64,000 nt of DNA from Candidatus Shapirobacteria bacterium (GCA_041659325.1 JBAZYN010000001.1:67342-131341), one strand, 5' to 3'. Positions 17,824 through 27,786 are shown, counted from the first letter of the stretch. The notes: a model not told the origin generated them from the letters alone. Program-made: numbers and translations.

Positions 17824-17844
17824 GAAATTTTAGAAAAATTACTT
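17824..17844 (+). repeat. Direct repeat copy 2 (gaaattttagaaaaattactt), non-coding, just after the stop of the 418-aa ORF.
   Basis: Exact 21/21 identity with 16534-16554. Confidence 0.85.
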
Positions 17845-18159
17845 TCCTGAACCTCTGACCCTCCAAGCCACCAAGTAGTCTCTTCCCTCAGGTGTTCTTA
17901 CCGATCCGGTACCACCAGTTTGTGTTCCTTTTATTGCATCATTTTGCAAAAGATTTGATCCGGGGACGGCAAAACGCACTTGTAGCTCTGTTCCAAATGG
18001 GCTGTTAAATAATGTTTGCTCTTTCGCTCCGATTTTTAATTCGACTGTACTACTTTGACCACCTTCGATTACCCCAGAAGCGCATCGTTCGACAACTAGG
18101 CCATCAGCCCCAACTTTAACTTCAAACGACGCATAAAATACATCTACTCTCCTATCCAT
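17839..18159 (-). CDS. Small (106 aa) Gly/Val-rich hypothetical protein, convergent with the 418-aa ORF.
   Basis: ORF track. On the minus strand TGcTATAAT (plus coordinates 18166-18174) lies 6 nt upstream of the ATG, which suggests a leaderless transcript. Confidence 0.3.
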   Translation of the reverse strand: MDRRVDVFYASFEVKVGADGLVVERCASGVIEGGQSSTVELKIGAKEQTLFNSPFGTELQVRFAVPGSNLLQNDAIKGTQTGGTGSVRTPEGRDYLVAWRVRGSGK

Positions 18160-18288
18160 GAGCGCATTATAGCATGATAATATAACTTTATTGTGTTACT
18201 TTCACCCTCCTCTCGCAGATACCCGTCTTTGCCAAAATGGCCTGTGGGTAAAACCCGGCAACCCTTCCTCATCGCCCCTCGCCTCTGA

Positions 18289-21200
18289 GTGTCGTTGAAC
18301 CGATGCTACAATTTATCAGTGGATAAAATTAAGACTAATTTTCAGACCGAATACGATCGTCTGAATCCCGAGCAGAAAACCGCCGTCGATACCATTGAAG
18401 GGCCGGTCATGGTTATTGCCGGCGCCGGCACCGGCAAAACTCAAACTATTGCCCTCCGCATCGGCAACATTCTCCAAAAAACCCAAACCCCGCCTTCTTC
18501 GATTTTATGTTTAACTTTCACCGAATCGGCCGCTATAAATATGCGGCAACGATTGATTGCCTTAATCGGCGCTTCGGCATACAGTATCCGCGTTTCCACC
18601 TTCCACTCCTTTTGCAATTCGGTCATCAGGGAACATCCGGAACGCTTTTTATTTTCCAAAAAAGAATCCACCTCTCTTGATGATGTCAAGCGGATTCAAA
18701 TTATCCGTACCCTTATAGATCAGCTCCCCGCCGGAAGCGCTCTCACTAGTTTCAATGCTCCATATTACTGGCAGCGCGATATTATTTCCTCCCTTCAGGA
18801 TCTCAAAAAAGAAAACGTTACCCCGGAAAATTTTTCAGAATTGATCAAATACGCCGCAGATTTTGTTTCAAATTCAAATGGTGCCTACGATCAACTTTCA
18901 AAAATCAGAGCCACCGAAAAAGCCTCCGGCGAGTTGGCGGGTATAGTCGAGAAACTGGCAGAAAATGTCCACATTCATCCTCTCTACCAAAGCCGGGTTA
19001 ATTTATATCTGACCCTCTTTAAGCAAGGGGACACCTCTCTCTCCGATCTCAAAAAGAATATTCGTGATTTGATAGAAAAAACCAAAAATAACTTACCCAG
19101 ACTCAACGATCTTTTAACTATTTACCGCGGTTATCAACAGGCCCTCCTCGACCAGAATCTTTTCGACTACGACGACATGATTCTCTGGGTTTTAGCCGCT
19201 TTCAGAAACAATCAGGAATTATTGGCCGAATATCAGGAAAAATATCAATACCTTTTAGTCGATGAATTTCAGGACACAAATTCATCTCAATTTGAGATTT
19301 TAAATCTGTTAAGCAGCCACCAATCAGAACCAAATTTATTTGTCGTCGGTGACGACGATCAGTCCATCTACCGTTTCCAGGGTGCTTCGGTTGAAAACAT
19401 CTATAATTTTTATCAAAGATATCAGGCCGGTATTAGAGTCATTGTATTAAAAAACAATTACCGTAGTCACAAACTGATACTGGAATCATCCGATTGTGTT
19501 ATAAAAAACAATTTAGTTCGCATCACTCAATATATAAAAAACTTAGACAAGTCCCTCGTCTCCACAAAAACATTCGATCCCGACCCGATCAATTTGGGAA
19601 TTTATACCAGCCCCGAAGACGAAGTTATAAATGTAGTCCAAAAGATCAAATCACTTATCGGTGATGGGGTAAGTCCAAAAGAAATTGCCGTACTTTTTCG
19701 TAACAACGCCGATATTCAGGATTTTTTGCCGGCTTTTGACCAACAAGGTGTAAAGTACCTTCTTTCAGATAACATAGATATTTTAAAAAGTAGGGAAATT
19801 CAGCAGTTGATTGATCTCATGAAGTTTATTGTCAATCCCCACGACGATCACACTCTTGGTCAAATTTTATCCTTTAACTTTTTGAAAATCGACCCCTTTG
19901 ATCTTTACCGCTTATACCACTACACTGGCAGACACGATCTGTCCGTCTCCGAATTTATACTCGACAAAAACAATCTCTTGTCGCTTAAGATAAAGCCTTA
20001 TACCATCCGTCAACTCAGAAATTTCGTTATTCGGGTTGCCAAAACCAGGCAGAAATCCGGCAATCTGCCTCTCGACCACCTATTTAACGAAATTATCCGT
20101 CGTTTCCGTCTTTTAAAATACATTCTCGATCAACGTCGTGTTGACTTGCTTAAGCAGTTAAACGTCCTTTTTAGTTTAATAAAATCCCGTCTTCAAAATG
20201 AGTCCACTTATACTCTTGAACAATTCGTTGAAGAGCTTGATCTGCTGAGAGAAAACCAGATAAATCTTAATTCCCAGCCGCTTCTGGTCGACATCGATAA
20301 AAGTGTCCGTTTAATGACTGTTCACAAAGCCAAGGGGCTGGAGTTTGAACATGTATTTCTTGTGAAAGTAGTAAGTGGTAAATGGGACAGTTCTTCCTCC
20401 CGAAATTTAATTAAATTACCCCTTGGAATAGTCAAGACTGATATTACCCAAGTTACCGGTGACCAAGATCTCGAAGAAGACCGTCGTCTTTTTTATGTTG
20501 CTCTCACCCGGGCTAAAAAACAAATTTACATCAGCCTTTCCCGGCGCACCGAAACCGGTCGTGAGCAGCTGCCATCAGTGTTTGTCAGCGAAATCAACCC
20601 CTCTCTTTTAGAAAAATTTGAAAGCACCGCCGAGAGTGAAGCTCATAGTCTTCGCTCTCAATATTCAGTATCTTTTCCCAAGCTTAAGTCAATTAATCTC
20701 TCTGATTATCTAAGAAATTATCTTTCCACCTCATATCGTTTTAATATCACTCACCTAAACTCTTATCTAAATTGCCCTCTCTGTTTCTTTTTCAAAACAA
20801 TACTTCGCCTACCTTCTCCCAAAACCAGGAGTCTCTCGATGGGTACTTCCGTCCATGGCAGCCTTGCCTATTTGTTTCAAGTCTACAAAGAAGATAACAG
20901 GCTAATCTCCTTGGATAAATTTAAAGAAATTTATAAAAATAATTTGCAAAGAGAACATCTACCGAAAAAGGACCATCGGCAAGTTCTTGCCGCCGGCCTG
21001 CAGATTTTAACCGATTATTATAATCATTATCAGACCGAGTTTAACGGCAACTGTTTTACCGAACACGATTTCCGTTTTCATGGTATAAGATTAAACGGTA
21101 TTCCGATTACCGGAAAAATCGACAAAATTGACATTATCGATAAAAATCACGTTAACGTGGTTGACTTCAAAACCGGTAAACCTGATAATAAATATGGAGA

Positions 21201-21492
21201 ATTGAGCCGTGATGGTGACTATTTCCGCCAACTGGTTTTCTACAAGATCCTCTGCGAAAATTCAGCCACATTTCCATACAAAGTTACCCAAGGCACGATC
21301 GACTTTATCGAAAAAACTAAGTCGGGTGAATTTAAACGGGTAACTTTTGAGATAACTTCAGACGATGTTAACAATCTTACTCAGCTTATTGCAGAAACCT
21401 ATGCCAAAATCGCTGATTTAGAATTTATTCCCTCACGGACGTGTAGGGATCCGGATCATGTCCACTACCTGTTTGACCAGTATTTTTTATAA
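18289..21492 (+). CDS. UvrD-family helicase fused to a C-terminal PD-(D/E)xK (RecB/AddB-like) nuclease domain (1067 aa).
   Basis: LNPEQKTAV, GAGTGKTQTI, DEFQDT, TVHKAKGLEFEHVFL, YVALTRAK. The C-terminal region has ITGKIDKIDIID...VVDFKTGKP...YFRQLVFYKI (D..D/EXK plus a YKTG-like motif). Start codon is not ATG (GTG 18289 or 18319). Confidence 0.8.
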   Translation: MSLNRCYNLSVDKIKTNFQTEYDRLNPEQKTAVDTIEGPVMVIAGAGTGKTQTIALRIGNILQKTQTPPSSILCLTFTESAAINMRQRLIALIGASAYSIRVSTFHSFCNSVIREHPERFLFSKKESTSLDDVKRIQIIRTLIDQLPAGSALTSFNAPYYWQRDIISSLQDLKKENVTPENFSELIKYAADFVSNSNGAYDQLSKIRATEKASGELAGIVEKLAENVHIHPLYQSRVNLYLTLFKQGDTSLSDLKKNIRDLIEKTKNNLPRLNDLLTIYRGYQQALLDQNLFDYDDMILWVLAAFRNNQELLAEYQEKYQYLLVDEFQDTNSSQFEILNLLSSHQSEPNLFVVGDDDQSIYRFQGASVENIYNFYQRYQAGIRVIVLKNNYRSHKLILESSDCVIKNNLVRITQYIKNLDKSLVSTKTFDPDPINLGIYTSPEDEVINVVQKIKSLIGDGVSPKEIAVLFRNNADIQDFLPAFDQQGVKYLLSDNIDILKSREIQQLIDLMKFIVNPHDDHTLGQILSFNFLKIDPFDLYRLYHYTGRHDLSVSEFILDKNNLLSLKIKPYTIRQLRNFVIRVAKTRQKSGNLPLDHLFNEIIRRFRLLKYILDQRRVDLLKQLNVLFSLIKSRLQNESTYTLEQFVEELDLLRENQINLNSQPLLVDIDKSVRLMTVHKAKGLEFEHVFLVKVVSGKWDSSSSRNLIKLPLGIVKTDITQVTGDQDLEEDRRLFYVALTRAKKQIYISLSRRTETGREQLPSVFVSEINPSLLEKFESTAESEAHSLRSQYSVSFPKLKSINLSDYLRNYLSTSYRFNITHLNSYLNCPLCFFFKTILRLPSPKTRSLSMGTSVHGSLAYLFQVYKEDNRLISLDKFKEIYKNNLQREHLPKKDHRQVLAAGLQILTDYYNHYQTEFNGNCFTEHDFRFHGIRLNGIPITGKIDKIDIIDKNHVNVVDFKTGKPDNKYGELSRDGDYFRQLVFYKILCENSATFPYKVTQGTIDFIEKTKSGEFKRVTFEITSDDVNNLTQLIAETYAKIADLEFIPSRTCRDPDHVHYLFDQYFL

Positions 21493-21528
21493 AGCTCCTC
21501 TATTTTTCAAATCAGTTAAAATATAATC

Positions 21529-22626
21529 ATGACCCTTGTCTATGTCCTCTTGAGTTTCGTTATCATCCTGCTTCTATTTTTCATATTTCGGCAAAGAAAA
21601 GGTGTTGATTCTGAAAAGATATCAGACGATTTCTTCAACAAATTTAACGAAAAATTCCCAGAAATATTAAACCAGGCCAATAGCAGTCTCATTACACTAG
21701 CCGATCAGAAAATCGGCACTGATTTACAAAACAAAAAAACAGCCATAGAAGACTTGGTTAAACGGGTTCTCGAAGAGCTAGTCAGGAGTGGCCAGGAACT
21801 AAAAATTGCCGAACAAAATCGTATCGGTACTTTCTCAACCTTATCGCAAAAGCTCGAGGAGCAAAAGGCCTTAACTCAGCAGCTTTCTGCTACCACCGAA
21901 GGGTTGAAAAAAGTATTAAGCAATAATCAGCTTCGTGGTGCTTTTGGGGAAAGAATTGCCGAAGACTTGCTCAAAATGACAGGTTTTGTTCGCGGCATTG
22001 ACTACGAATTCAACAAGGAACAATCGACTACCGGTAGCCGCCCTGATTTTTGTGTATTCTTGCCTGATAGCGCCAAAATCAACGTCGACGCCAAATTCCC
22101 GTATAGCAATCTCCAGAAGCTGATCGAAACTGACAATCCGGATCAAAAAGCCGAGTATCTAAAGGCATTTGAAAAAGATGTCCGCGACAAAATCAGACAG
22201 GTGACCACCAGAGATTACATAGATCCGGAAAACAAAACGGTTGATTTCGTTATACTTTTTATCCCCAACGAAATGATATTTTCTTTTATATACGACAAAA
22301 TGCCTAATGTCTGGGAAGAGGCTATGGCCGGAAAAGTAGTTTTTGCCGGCCCTTTTAGTTTTACTGCCATTCTTCGGATGGTGCGGCAAGCTTATGATAA
22401 TTTTCGCTATCAAAAAAACGTTCAGGTCATCATTACTCAAATAAAACAATTCGAAAAAGAATTTAATAATTTCAATCAGGAATTTGAAAAAATCGGCGAA
22501 AGGATAGAATCATTATCAAAACAATACACCACTGTCAGCACCACCCGGACCCATCAGCTGACAAGGATAATCGACAAGATAAGATTAGAAAGTCCCGATC
22601 AGGACATCCCCGGTTTACCCTCTTGA
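21529..22626 (+). CDS. rmuC: DNA recombination protein RmuC family.
   Basis: N-terminal TM, coiled-coil region, C-terminal RmuC nuclease-like domain (DFVILFIPNEMIFSFI). Confidence 0.75.
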   Translation: MTLVYVLLSFVIILLLFFIFRQRKGVDSEKISDDFFNKFNEKFPEILNQANSSLITLADQKIGTDLQNKKTAIEDLVKRVLEELVRSGQELKIAEQNRIGTFSTLSQKLEEQKALTQQLSATTEGLKKVLSNNQLRGAFGERIAEDLLKMTGFVRGIDYEFNKEQSTTGSRPDFCVFLPDSAKINVDAKFPYSNLQKLIETDNPDQKAEYLKAFEKDVRDKIRQVTTRDYIDPENKTVDFVILFIPNEMIFSFIYDKMPNVWEEAMAGKVVFAGPFSFTAILRMVRQAYDNFRYQKNVQVIITQIKQFEKEFNNFNQEFEKIGERIESLSKQYTTVSTTRTHQLTRIIDKIRLESPDQDIPGLPS

Positions 22627-22632
22627 CACTGA

Positions 22633-22659
22633 TTAGCAGTCGACATATCATGTTGCTAA
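22633..22659 (+). promoter_or_regulatory. CIRCE-like HrcA operator TTAGCAgTC-N9-tGtTGCTAA, ending 4 nt before the hrcA start.
   Basis: Compare CIRCE consensus TTAGCACTC-N9-GAGTGCTAA; 8/9 and 7/9 half-site matches; inverted-repeat core TTAGCA/TGCTAA. Confidence 0.6.
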
Positions 22660-22662
22660 CAT

Positions 22663-23403
22663 ATGACCGATTTAACTCAACGTCAAATTAAGATTTTAAA
22701 ATGTATCGCCGAAGAATTTATCGAGACCGCAACTCCGGTTGGCTCCGAAACACTGGAAAAAAAATATTCGCTTGGAATTTCTTCTGCTACCATCAGAAAT
22801 GAAATGTCGGCTTTAACCCAACTCGGGTTTCTCAAAAAAAGCCACCTCTCTGCCGGCCGTCACCCCACCTCCATGGGGCTTAAATATTATGTCCGTAACC
22901 TCATGACCCCCAAAGGCCTATCCATTAGTGAAGAAGTTGGCGCCAAAGAAAAAGTTTGGGATTATCGAAATGAATTTGAAAGGCTGATCAAGGAAACCAC
23001 CAAAGAGCTAGCTATCCGTACCAGAGCCATGGCCGTAGCTACTACCGACCAGGGCAGTGTTTACAGTTACGGAGCTTCTAATTTACTGGAAGAACCCGAG
23101 TTTTACAATATAGATGTAACTAAAACGGTATTATCTTTGATGGATAATTCGACCTATTGGTTTGACATCGTCAACAAGGGCAGTGGAATATCCGGTTTGG
23201 GCTCCGAAGAGGTGATTCATCTTTTAATTGGTGAAGACTTGGGCATGGAATTCCTGGAACCATGCGGTTTTATCTATCAAACATATGAGGCAGGCCCACA
23301 TCGTGGTATCCTGGGTATTATCGGTCCGGCCAGATTCAAATATCCGACTATCGTTCCGATTGTTGATTTTTTTGCCAATCTGATTTCAACCGTTAGTCGT
23401 TAA
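22663..23403 (+). CDS. hrcA: Heat-inducible transcription repressor HrcA (short form).
   Basis: N-terminal winged-HTH TQRQIKILKCIAEEFIETATPVGSETL; sits upstream of grpE-dnaK-dnaJ. Confidence 0.8.
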   Translation: MTDLTQRQIKILKCIAEEFIETATPVGSETLEKKYSLGISSATIRNEMSALTQLGFLKKSHLSAGRHPTSMGLKYYVRNLMTPKGLSISEEVGAKEKVWDYRNEFERLIKETTKELAIRTRAMAVATTDQGSVYSYGASNLLEEPEFYNIDVTKTVLSLMDNSTYWFDIVNKGSGISGLGSEEVIHLLIGEDLGMEFLEPCGFIYQTYEAGPHRGILGIIGPARFKYPTIVPIVDFFANLISTVSR

Positions 23404-23419
23404 TATTGTAATAACAAAT

Positions 23420-23890
23420 ATGACCAAAAAAGGCCTCAAACAAACTAATTCGATGCCGGATGAATCGCAGGATTTAAAGGCAAAAATCACCGAAATAAAC
23501 GATAAATTAGCCAGATCTTTGGCCGATTATGCCAATCTGGAGAAACGGATCGAATCTCAGCGTCAGCTCTTTTTTACCATGGCCGTCTCCTCGATAATCA
23601 TCAAAATGGTTGACGTTCTGGACGATCTTTACTTAGCCCAGGATCATCTCAAAGACAGGGGGCTCGAAATTGCCATCAACAAATTTGTTTCAGTCTTAAA
23701 ATCCGAAGGTTTAGAAGAAGTAAACGCTTGCGGGAAAACATTTAATCCCGAAACTATGGACTGTGTTGATGTGGGTGAAGGAAAGAAAGATTTGGTTCTA
23801 GATGTCAGAAAACGCGGTTATACTTTGAATTGTCAAAATATCAGACCGGCGCAGGTTGTTGTCGGCCGTGAACCTGAAATAAAAAATTAA
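23420..23890 (+). CDS. grpE: Nucleotide exchange factor GrpE (short).
   Basis: Position in the operon; coiled-coil N-terminus plus a C-terminal beta domain. Confidence 0.65.
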   Translation: MTKKGLKQTNSMPDESQDLKAKITEINDKLARSLADYANLEKRIESQRQLFFTMAVSSIIIKMVDVLDDLYLAQDHLKDRGLEIAINKFVSVLKSEGLEEVNACGKTFNPETMDCVDVGEGKKDLVLDVRKRGYTLNCQNIRPAQVVVGREPEIKN

Positions 23891-23962
23891 AGAAATTATT
23901 GAATTTATTTATTAAATTGCTAAATTATTAAATTATTAAGTTTTTAAATTTTAAAAAAAATT

Positions 23963-25885
23963 ATGTCAAACAAAATCATCGGAATAGATCTCGGTACTAC
24001 CAACTCCTGCGTTGCTGTTATGGAGGCAGGTACTCCCAAAGTTATCTTAACTTCTGAAGGCAGAAACGTTATTCCCTCAGTTGTTGAGCCAATCAAGAAG
24101 TTGGTGGGGGATTTAGCAAAACGTCAGATGGTTCTAAATTCACAAAATACAATTTTTTCTATTAAACGATTAATGGGTCGCCGAATTGATGATCCTGAAG
24201 TTGTGAAAACTCAGAAAGTCGCTCCGTTCAAAATTGTTGCCGGTAAAGACAAAATGGCTGCCGTTGAAATCAGTGGGAAAATTTACACTCCCCAGGAAAT
24301 TTCAGCCATGATTTTACAAAAGGCCAAAGTCGATGCCGAGAAATATTTAGGGGAAAAAGTAACTTCTGCTGTTATCACTGTTCCGGCCTATTTTGATGAT
24401 TCTCAGCGACAGGCGACAAAACAAGCCGGGGAAATTGCCGGTCTCAAGGTAGAAAGAATTGTCAACGAGCCTACCGCTGCCGCCCTTGCCTATGGCTTTG
24501 ATAAAAAGAAATCAGGTCTGGTGGCGGTATATGACCTCGGAGGAGGTACTTTCGACATTTCAATTTTGGATATCGGTGAAGGTGTGATCGAAGTAATGGC
24601 TACAAACGGAGACACATTCCTTGGTGGTGATGATTTTGATCAAAAAATCATCACTTGGATTATTGATGATTTTCAGAAACAAAATGGTGTCAATTTAAGT
24701 AAAGACCCACAAGCTCTTCAAAGAGTTCGGGAAGCCGCCGAAAAAGCCAAAATCGAACTAAGTAATACAGTTGAAACCGATATCAATCTACCATTTATCA
24801 CCCAAAAAGACGGCAATCCGCTACATTTGACCAAAAAATTAACCAGAGCCGAATTGGAAAAATTAGTCGATGAATTAATCCAGAAAACCATCGGGCCGGT
24901 CGAAAAATGTCTCAGTGATGCAAACAAAAAAGCCCAGGAAAAAGGAGGCAAGGTGACCAAGTCCGACATTTCAGAAATCATAATGGTTGGTGGTATGACC
25001 CGTATGCCAAAAGTCCTTGAAGTGGTAAAAACATTTTTTGGTAAAGATTTAAATACAACCGTAAATCCGGACGAAGTCGTAGCCATCGGCGCTGCTGTTC
25101 AGGGAGCCGTTCTCACCGGGGAAGTAAAAGATATTGTTCTTCTGGATGTTACCCCTCTTACATTTGGGATTGAAACTGCCGGTGGTGTCAAAACCCCGTT
25201 AATCGAAAGAAACACTACCGTTCCGACCAAAAAATCACAAATATTTACCACCTATTCCGACAACCAACCTCAGGTAGAAATCAATGTCTTGCAGGGTGAA
25301 CGGCCGATGGCCGACGACAACAAGTCACTTGGTCGCTTTATTCTCGACGGTATCGCCCCGGCTCCACGCGGCATGCCTCAAATCGAGGTTACCTTTGACA
25401 TCGACAGCAATGGTATTTTAAGCGTTAGCGCCAAAGATAAGGGGACAGGAAAAGAACAAAAAATTACCATCCAAAATGCTACCAATCTTTCAAAAGAAGA
25501 AGTCGAAAAAATGAAAACCGACGCCGAAGCTCACGCTCGTGAAGATGAGGATAAGAGGCTTTTAGCTGAATCCAGGAATCGTCTTGACGGCACAATTTTC
25601 TCGGCGGAAAAATCGCTAAAAGATTTTGGAGACAAAGTAAAAGCCGAAGACAGGTCAAAAATCGAAGAAAAGATCAAATCCTCCAAAGAGATTTTATCAA
25701 AAGCCGACGCCAAGAAAGATGACTTCGACAAAGCTTCAGAAGAGTTAAGCCAGATTTTACAAACTATCGGCGCTGCAGCATATCAGCAACAACCGGAGCA
25801 ACCAAGTTCGGAGTCAAAAAAACCGGATGAAGCAGAAAAAACCGAACCACCCAGAGACGCCGAAGAAGGGGAAATTGTAAAATAA
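23963..25885 (+). CDS. dnaK: Molecular chaperone DnaK (Hsp70).
   Basis: [30 protein letters not shown] and other Hsp70 signatures. Confidence 0.95.
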   Translation: MSNKIIGIDLGTTNSCVAVMEAGTPKVILTSEGRNVIPSVVEPIKKLVGDLAKRQMVLNSQNTIFSIKRLMGRRIDDPEVVKTQKVAPFKIVAGKDKMAAVEISGKIYTPQEISAMILQKAKVDAEKYLGEKVTSAVITVPAYFDDSQRQATKQAGEIAGLKVERIVNEPTAAALAYGFDKKKSGLVAVYDLGGGTFDISILDIGEGVIEVMATNGDTFLGGDDFDQKIITWIIDDFQKQNGVNLSKDPQALQRVREAAEKAKIELSNTVETDINLPFITQKDGNPLHLTKKLTRAELEKLVDELIQKTIGPVEKCLSDANKKAQEKGGKVTKSDISEIIMVGGMTRMPKVLEVVKTFFGKDLNTTVNPDEVVAIGAAVQGAVLTGEVKDIVLLDVTPLTFGIETAGGVKTPLIERNTTVPTKKSQIFTTYSDNQPQVEINVLQGERPMADDNKSLGRFILDGIAPAPRGMPQIEVTFDIDSNGILSVSAKDKGTGKEQKITIQNATNLSKEEVEKMKTDAEAHAREDEDKRLLAESRNRLDGTIFSAEKSLKDFGDKVKAEDRSKIEEKIKSSKEILSKADAKKDDFDKASEELSQILQTIGAAAYQQQPEQPSSESKKPDEAEKTEPPRDAEEGEIVK

Positions 25886-25891
25886 AAAGCA

Positions 25892-26746
25892 ATGAAACGT
25901 GATTTTTATGAAGTGTTGGGTGTTTCTAAAACCGCCAGTAAAGATGAGATCAAAAGTGCCTATCGCAAGATGGCCTTAAAGTTTCACCCGGATCGAAACA
26001 AAGAGCCCGATGCTGAAGAAAAGTTTAAAGAAATCAACGAAGCTTACGAGGTTCTTAGTAATGACCAAAAAAAATCAGGTTACGACCAGTATGGTCATTC
26101 GGCTTTTGATCCGGGATCGGCTGGTCCTTTTGGCGGTCATACCTACACCTCCCAAAACGGTCCTTTTAATTTCACCTGGACAGGTTCCGGAAATCAGACT
26201 AGTGGCGCGGATTTTGATTTTGGTGGATTTAGCAATCCCTTTGATATTTTTGAACAATTTTTTGGTAGTGCTTATTCACAAAATCGTGGTCCAAGGCTTG
26301 AAACATACAAAATTCAACTCTCTTTTTTAGAGGCCGCCAACGGTTGCCAGAAAGAAATAAATATCGGGGGCCTTAGAAAATCAATAAAAATCCCGGCCGG
26401 AGTTGACGATGGCCAGAAAATAAGGTTTAGCGATTTTATTCTCTATATCGACGTTCTCCCGGATAAAGTATTTAGACGAGAGGGAAACAACGTTTTTGTG
26501 AGCATAAATATCACCTTCACTCAGGCAACTTTGGGCGACGAAATTATGGTTCCCACTCTAAATGATCCGGTCAAAATCAGGGTAAAACCCGGCACTCAGC
26601 CAAATACCCTGGTTAGAATCCGAGGTAAGGGAATAAAAGATGTAAATGGTTATGGCCAAGGGGATTTATACTTACAGCTAGTCGTCGAGGTTCCCACCAA
26701 GTTGTCCCCGGGACAGAAACAACAAATTCGCGACTTAGGATTATAG
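25892..26746 (+). CDS. dnaJ: DnaJ-family co-chaperone (J domain plus C-terminal domains, no Cys-rich zinc finger; CbpA-like).
   Basis: DFYEVLGV...HPDRN J domain; Gly/Phe region; no CxxCxGxG repeats. Confidence 0.75.
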   Translation: MKRDFYEVLGVSKTASKDEIKSAYRKMALKFHPDRNKEPDAEEKFKEINEAYEVLSNDQKKSGYDQYGHSAFDPGSAGPFGGHTYTSQNGPFNFTWTGSGNQTSGADFDFGGFSNPFDIFEQFFGSAYSQNRGPRLETYKIQLSFLEAANGCQKEINIGGLRKSIKIPAGVDDGQKIRFSDFILYIDVLPDKVFRREGNNVFVSINITFTQATLGDEIMVPTLNDPVKIRVKPGTQPNTLVRIRGKGIKDVNGYGQGDLYLQLVVEVPTKLSPGQKQQIRDLGL

Positions 26747-26756
26747 CGGCTTCATC

Positions 26757-26765
26757 TGGTATAAT
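26757..26765 (+). promoter_or_regulatory. Extended -10 element TGgTATAAT, 10 nt upstream of the nusA ATG (very short leader).
   Basis: Sequence match only. Confidence 0.3.
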
Positions 26766-26775
26766 ACCCCCATAT

Positions 26776-27780
26776 ATGGACCTAAAAAGACTACCAAAAA
26801 CTGAATTTGCTGCCGCCGTCGCCCAAATAGCCGGTGAAAGAAATATTGATGTTCAGTCAATTCTGGACTCCATCGAACTGGGATTAGTATTTGCCTATAA
26901 AAGAGACCAAAAAGAACATGGCATTATTATCCCCGAAGAAGATGTTTTTGAGGTAGAACTTTCTCCCGAAAACGGGTCCTTTTCTATTCTGAAAATTGAT
27001 GGCAAGAAAAAAATCAACGTTACCCCTCCCGGCTTTGGTCGTATAGCTGCCCAAACGGCCAAACAAGTTATTGATCAAAAAATTCACGAAGCAGAAAAAG
27101 ATACCCTGATTCTCGAATATGAAAAAAGAATCGGCAATCTTATCCCGGGCACCATTCTAAAAATAGACCCTTACAAGATAGCGGTTGGTATTGGTAAAAC
27201 CGAAGGTGTTTGTCCCAAAGACGAGCAGGTAAGAAACGAAGAAATGATCCTGGGATCCAAAAAGCTTTTCTTTCTTAAAACCATTATCCGAGATGAATCA
27301 GGGCGAAGCGACATTATTTTGTCCCGTCGTGACCCAGGTTTCATTAAACAGCTTTTCGCCCGGGAAGTTCCGGAAGTGGGCAACAAGACTGTCATAATCG
27401 AAAGAATCGCCAGAACTGCCGGTGAGAGAACCAAAATCGCCGTCTCTTCAACCCAACCCGGCATTGATCCCGTTGGTTCATGCATCGGTCAAAACGGATC
27501 ACGGATTCAATCGGTTTTAGGCGAACTTTCATCCAAAGAAAAAGTCGATGTAATTCCGTTCTCTAAAAATCTTAATCAATTCATCATTCAGGCGTTATCG
27601 CCAGCTCAAAATGTCAAAGTATTATCCGTTAAAGACAAAATTGCCGTTGTATCAGTTCCCGAAAACCAACTTGCTCTCGCCATAGGCTCCGGAGGTGAAA
27701 ACGTTCACCTAGCCGGCCAGTTAGTCGAGTTGGAAATTAAAGTAACTCAAAGCGACAATCAGTCTACGGAAAAGGAGTAA
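26776..27780 (+). CDS. nusA: Transcription termination/antitermination factor NusA.
   Basis: N-terminal domain, S1 and two KH domains (GSCIGQNGSRIQ, IGSGGENV). Confidence 0.85.
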   Translation: MDLKRLPKTEFAAAVAQIAGERNIDVQSILDSIELGLVFAYKRDQKEHGIIIPEEDVFEVELSPENGSFSILKIDGKKKINVTPPGFGRIAAQTAKQVIDQKIHEAEKDTLILEYEKRIGNLIPGTILKIDPYKIAVGIGKTEGVCPKDEQVRNEEMILGSKKLFFLKTIIRDESGRSDIILSRRDPGFIKQLFAREVPEVGNKTVIIERIARTAGERTKIAVSSTQPGIDPVGSCIGQNGSRIQSVLGELSSKEKVDVIPFSKNLNQFIIQALSPAQNVKVLSVKDKIAVVSVPENQLALAIGSGGENVHLAGQLVELEIKVTQSDNQSTEKE

Positions 27781-27786
27781 TTTCCC

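Larger units (their letters stand above)
16555..17844 (+). mobile_element. Putative inserted segment of about 1.29 kb (one repeat copy plus cargo) at the 3' end of gatB, carrying a single ORF. No recognisable recombinase.
   Basis: Flanking perfect 21-bp direct repeats; slightly higher GC and strongly different amino-acid usage from neighbouring genes; the gatB reading frame is closed correctly with or without the insert. Confidence 0.4.

Noticed and set aside
16555-17844. Assembly chimera or contamination as the explanation for the foreign-composition ORF.
   Set aside because: The segment is joined seamlessly to gatB with an in-frame overlap and is bounded by identical 21-mers at both host junctions, which is more consistent with biological insertion. 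It still needs read-level confirmation.
18160-18288. A possible tRNA or other small RNA in the 129-nt gap before the helicase-nuclease gene.
   Set aside because: No cloverleaf, no T-loop GTTCRA motif, no acceptor-stem pairing. More likely promoter and leader sequence for the flanking genes.
23891-23962. A second CIRCE or other operator in the AT-rich dnaK upstream spacer (taaattatt repeats).
   Set aside because: No TTAGCA/TGCTAA inverted repeat is present. The repeats are simple AT-rich promoter-region sequence.
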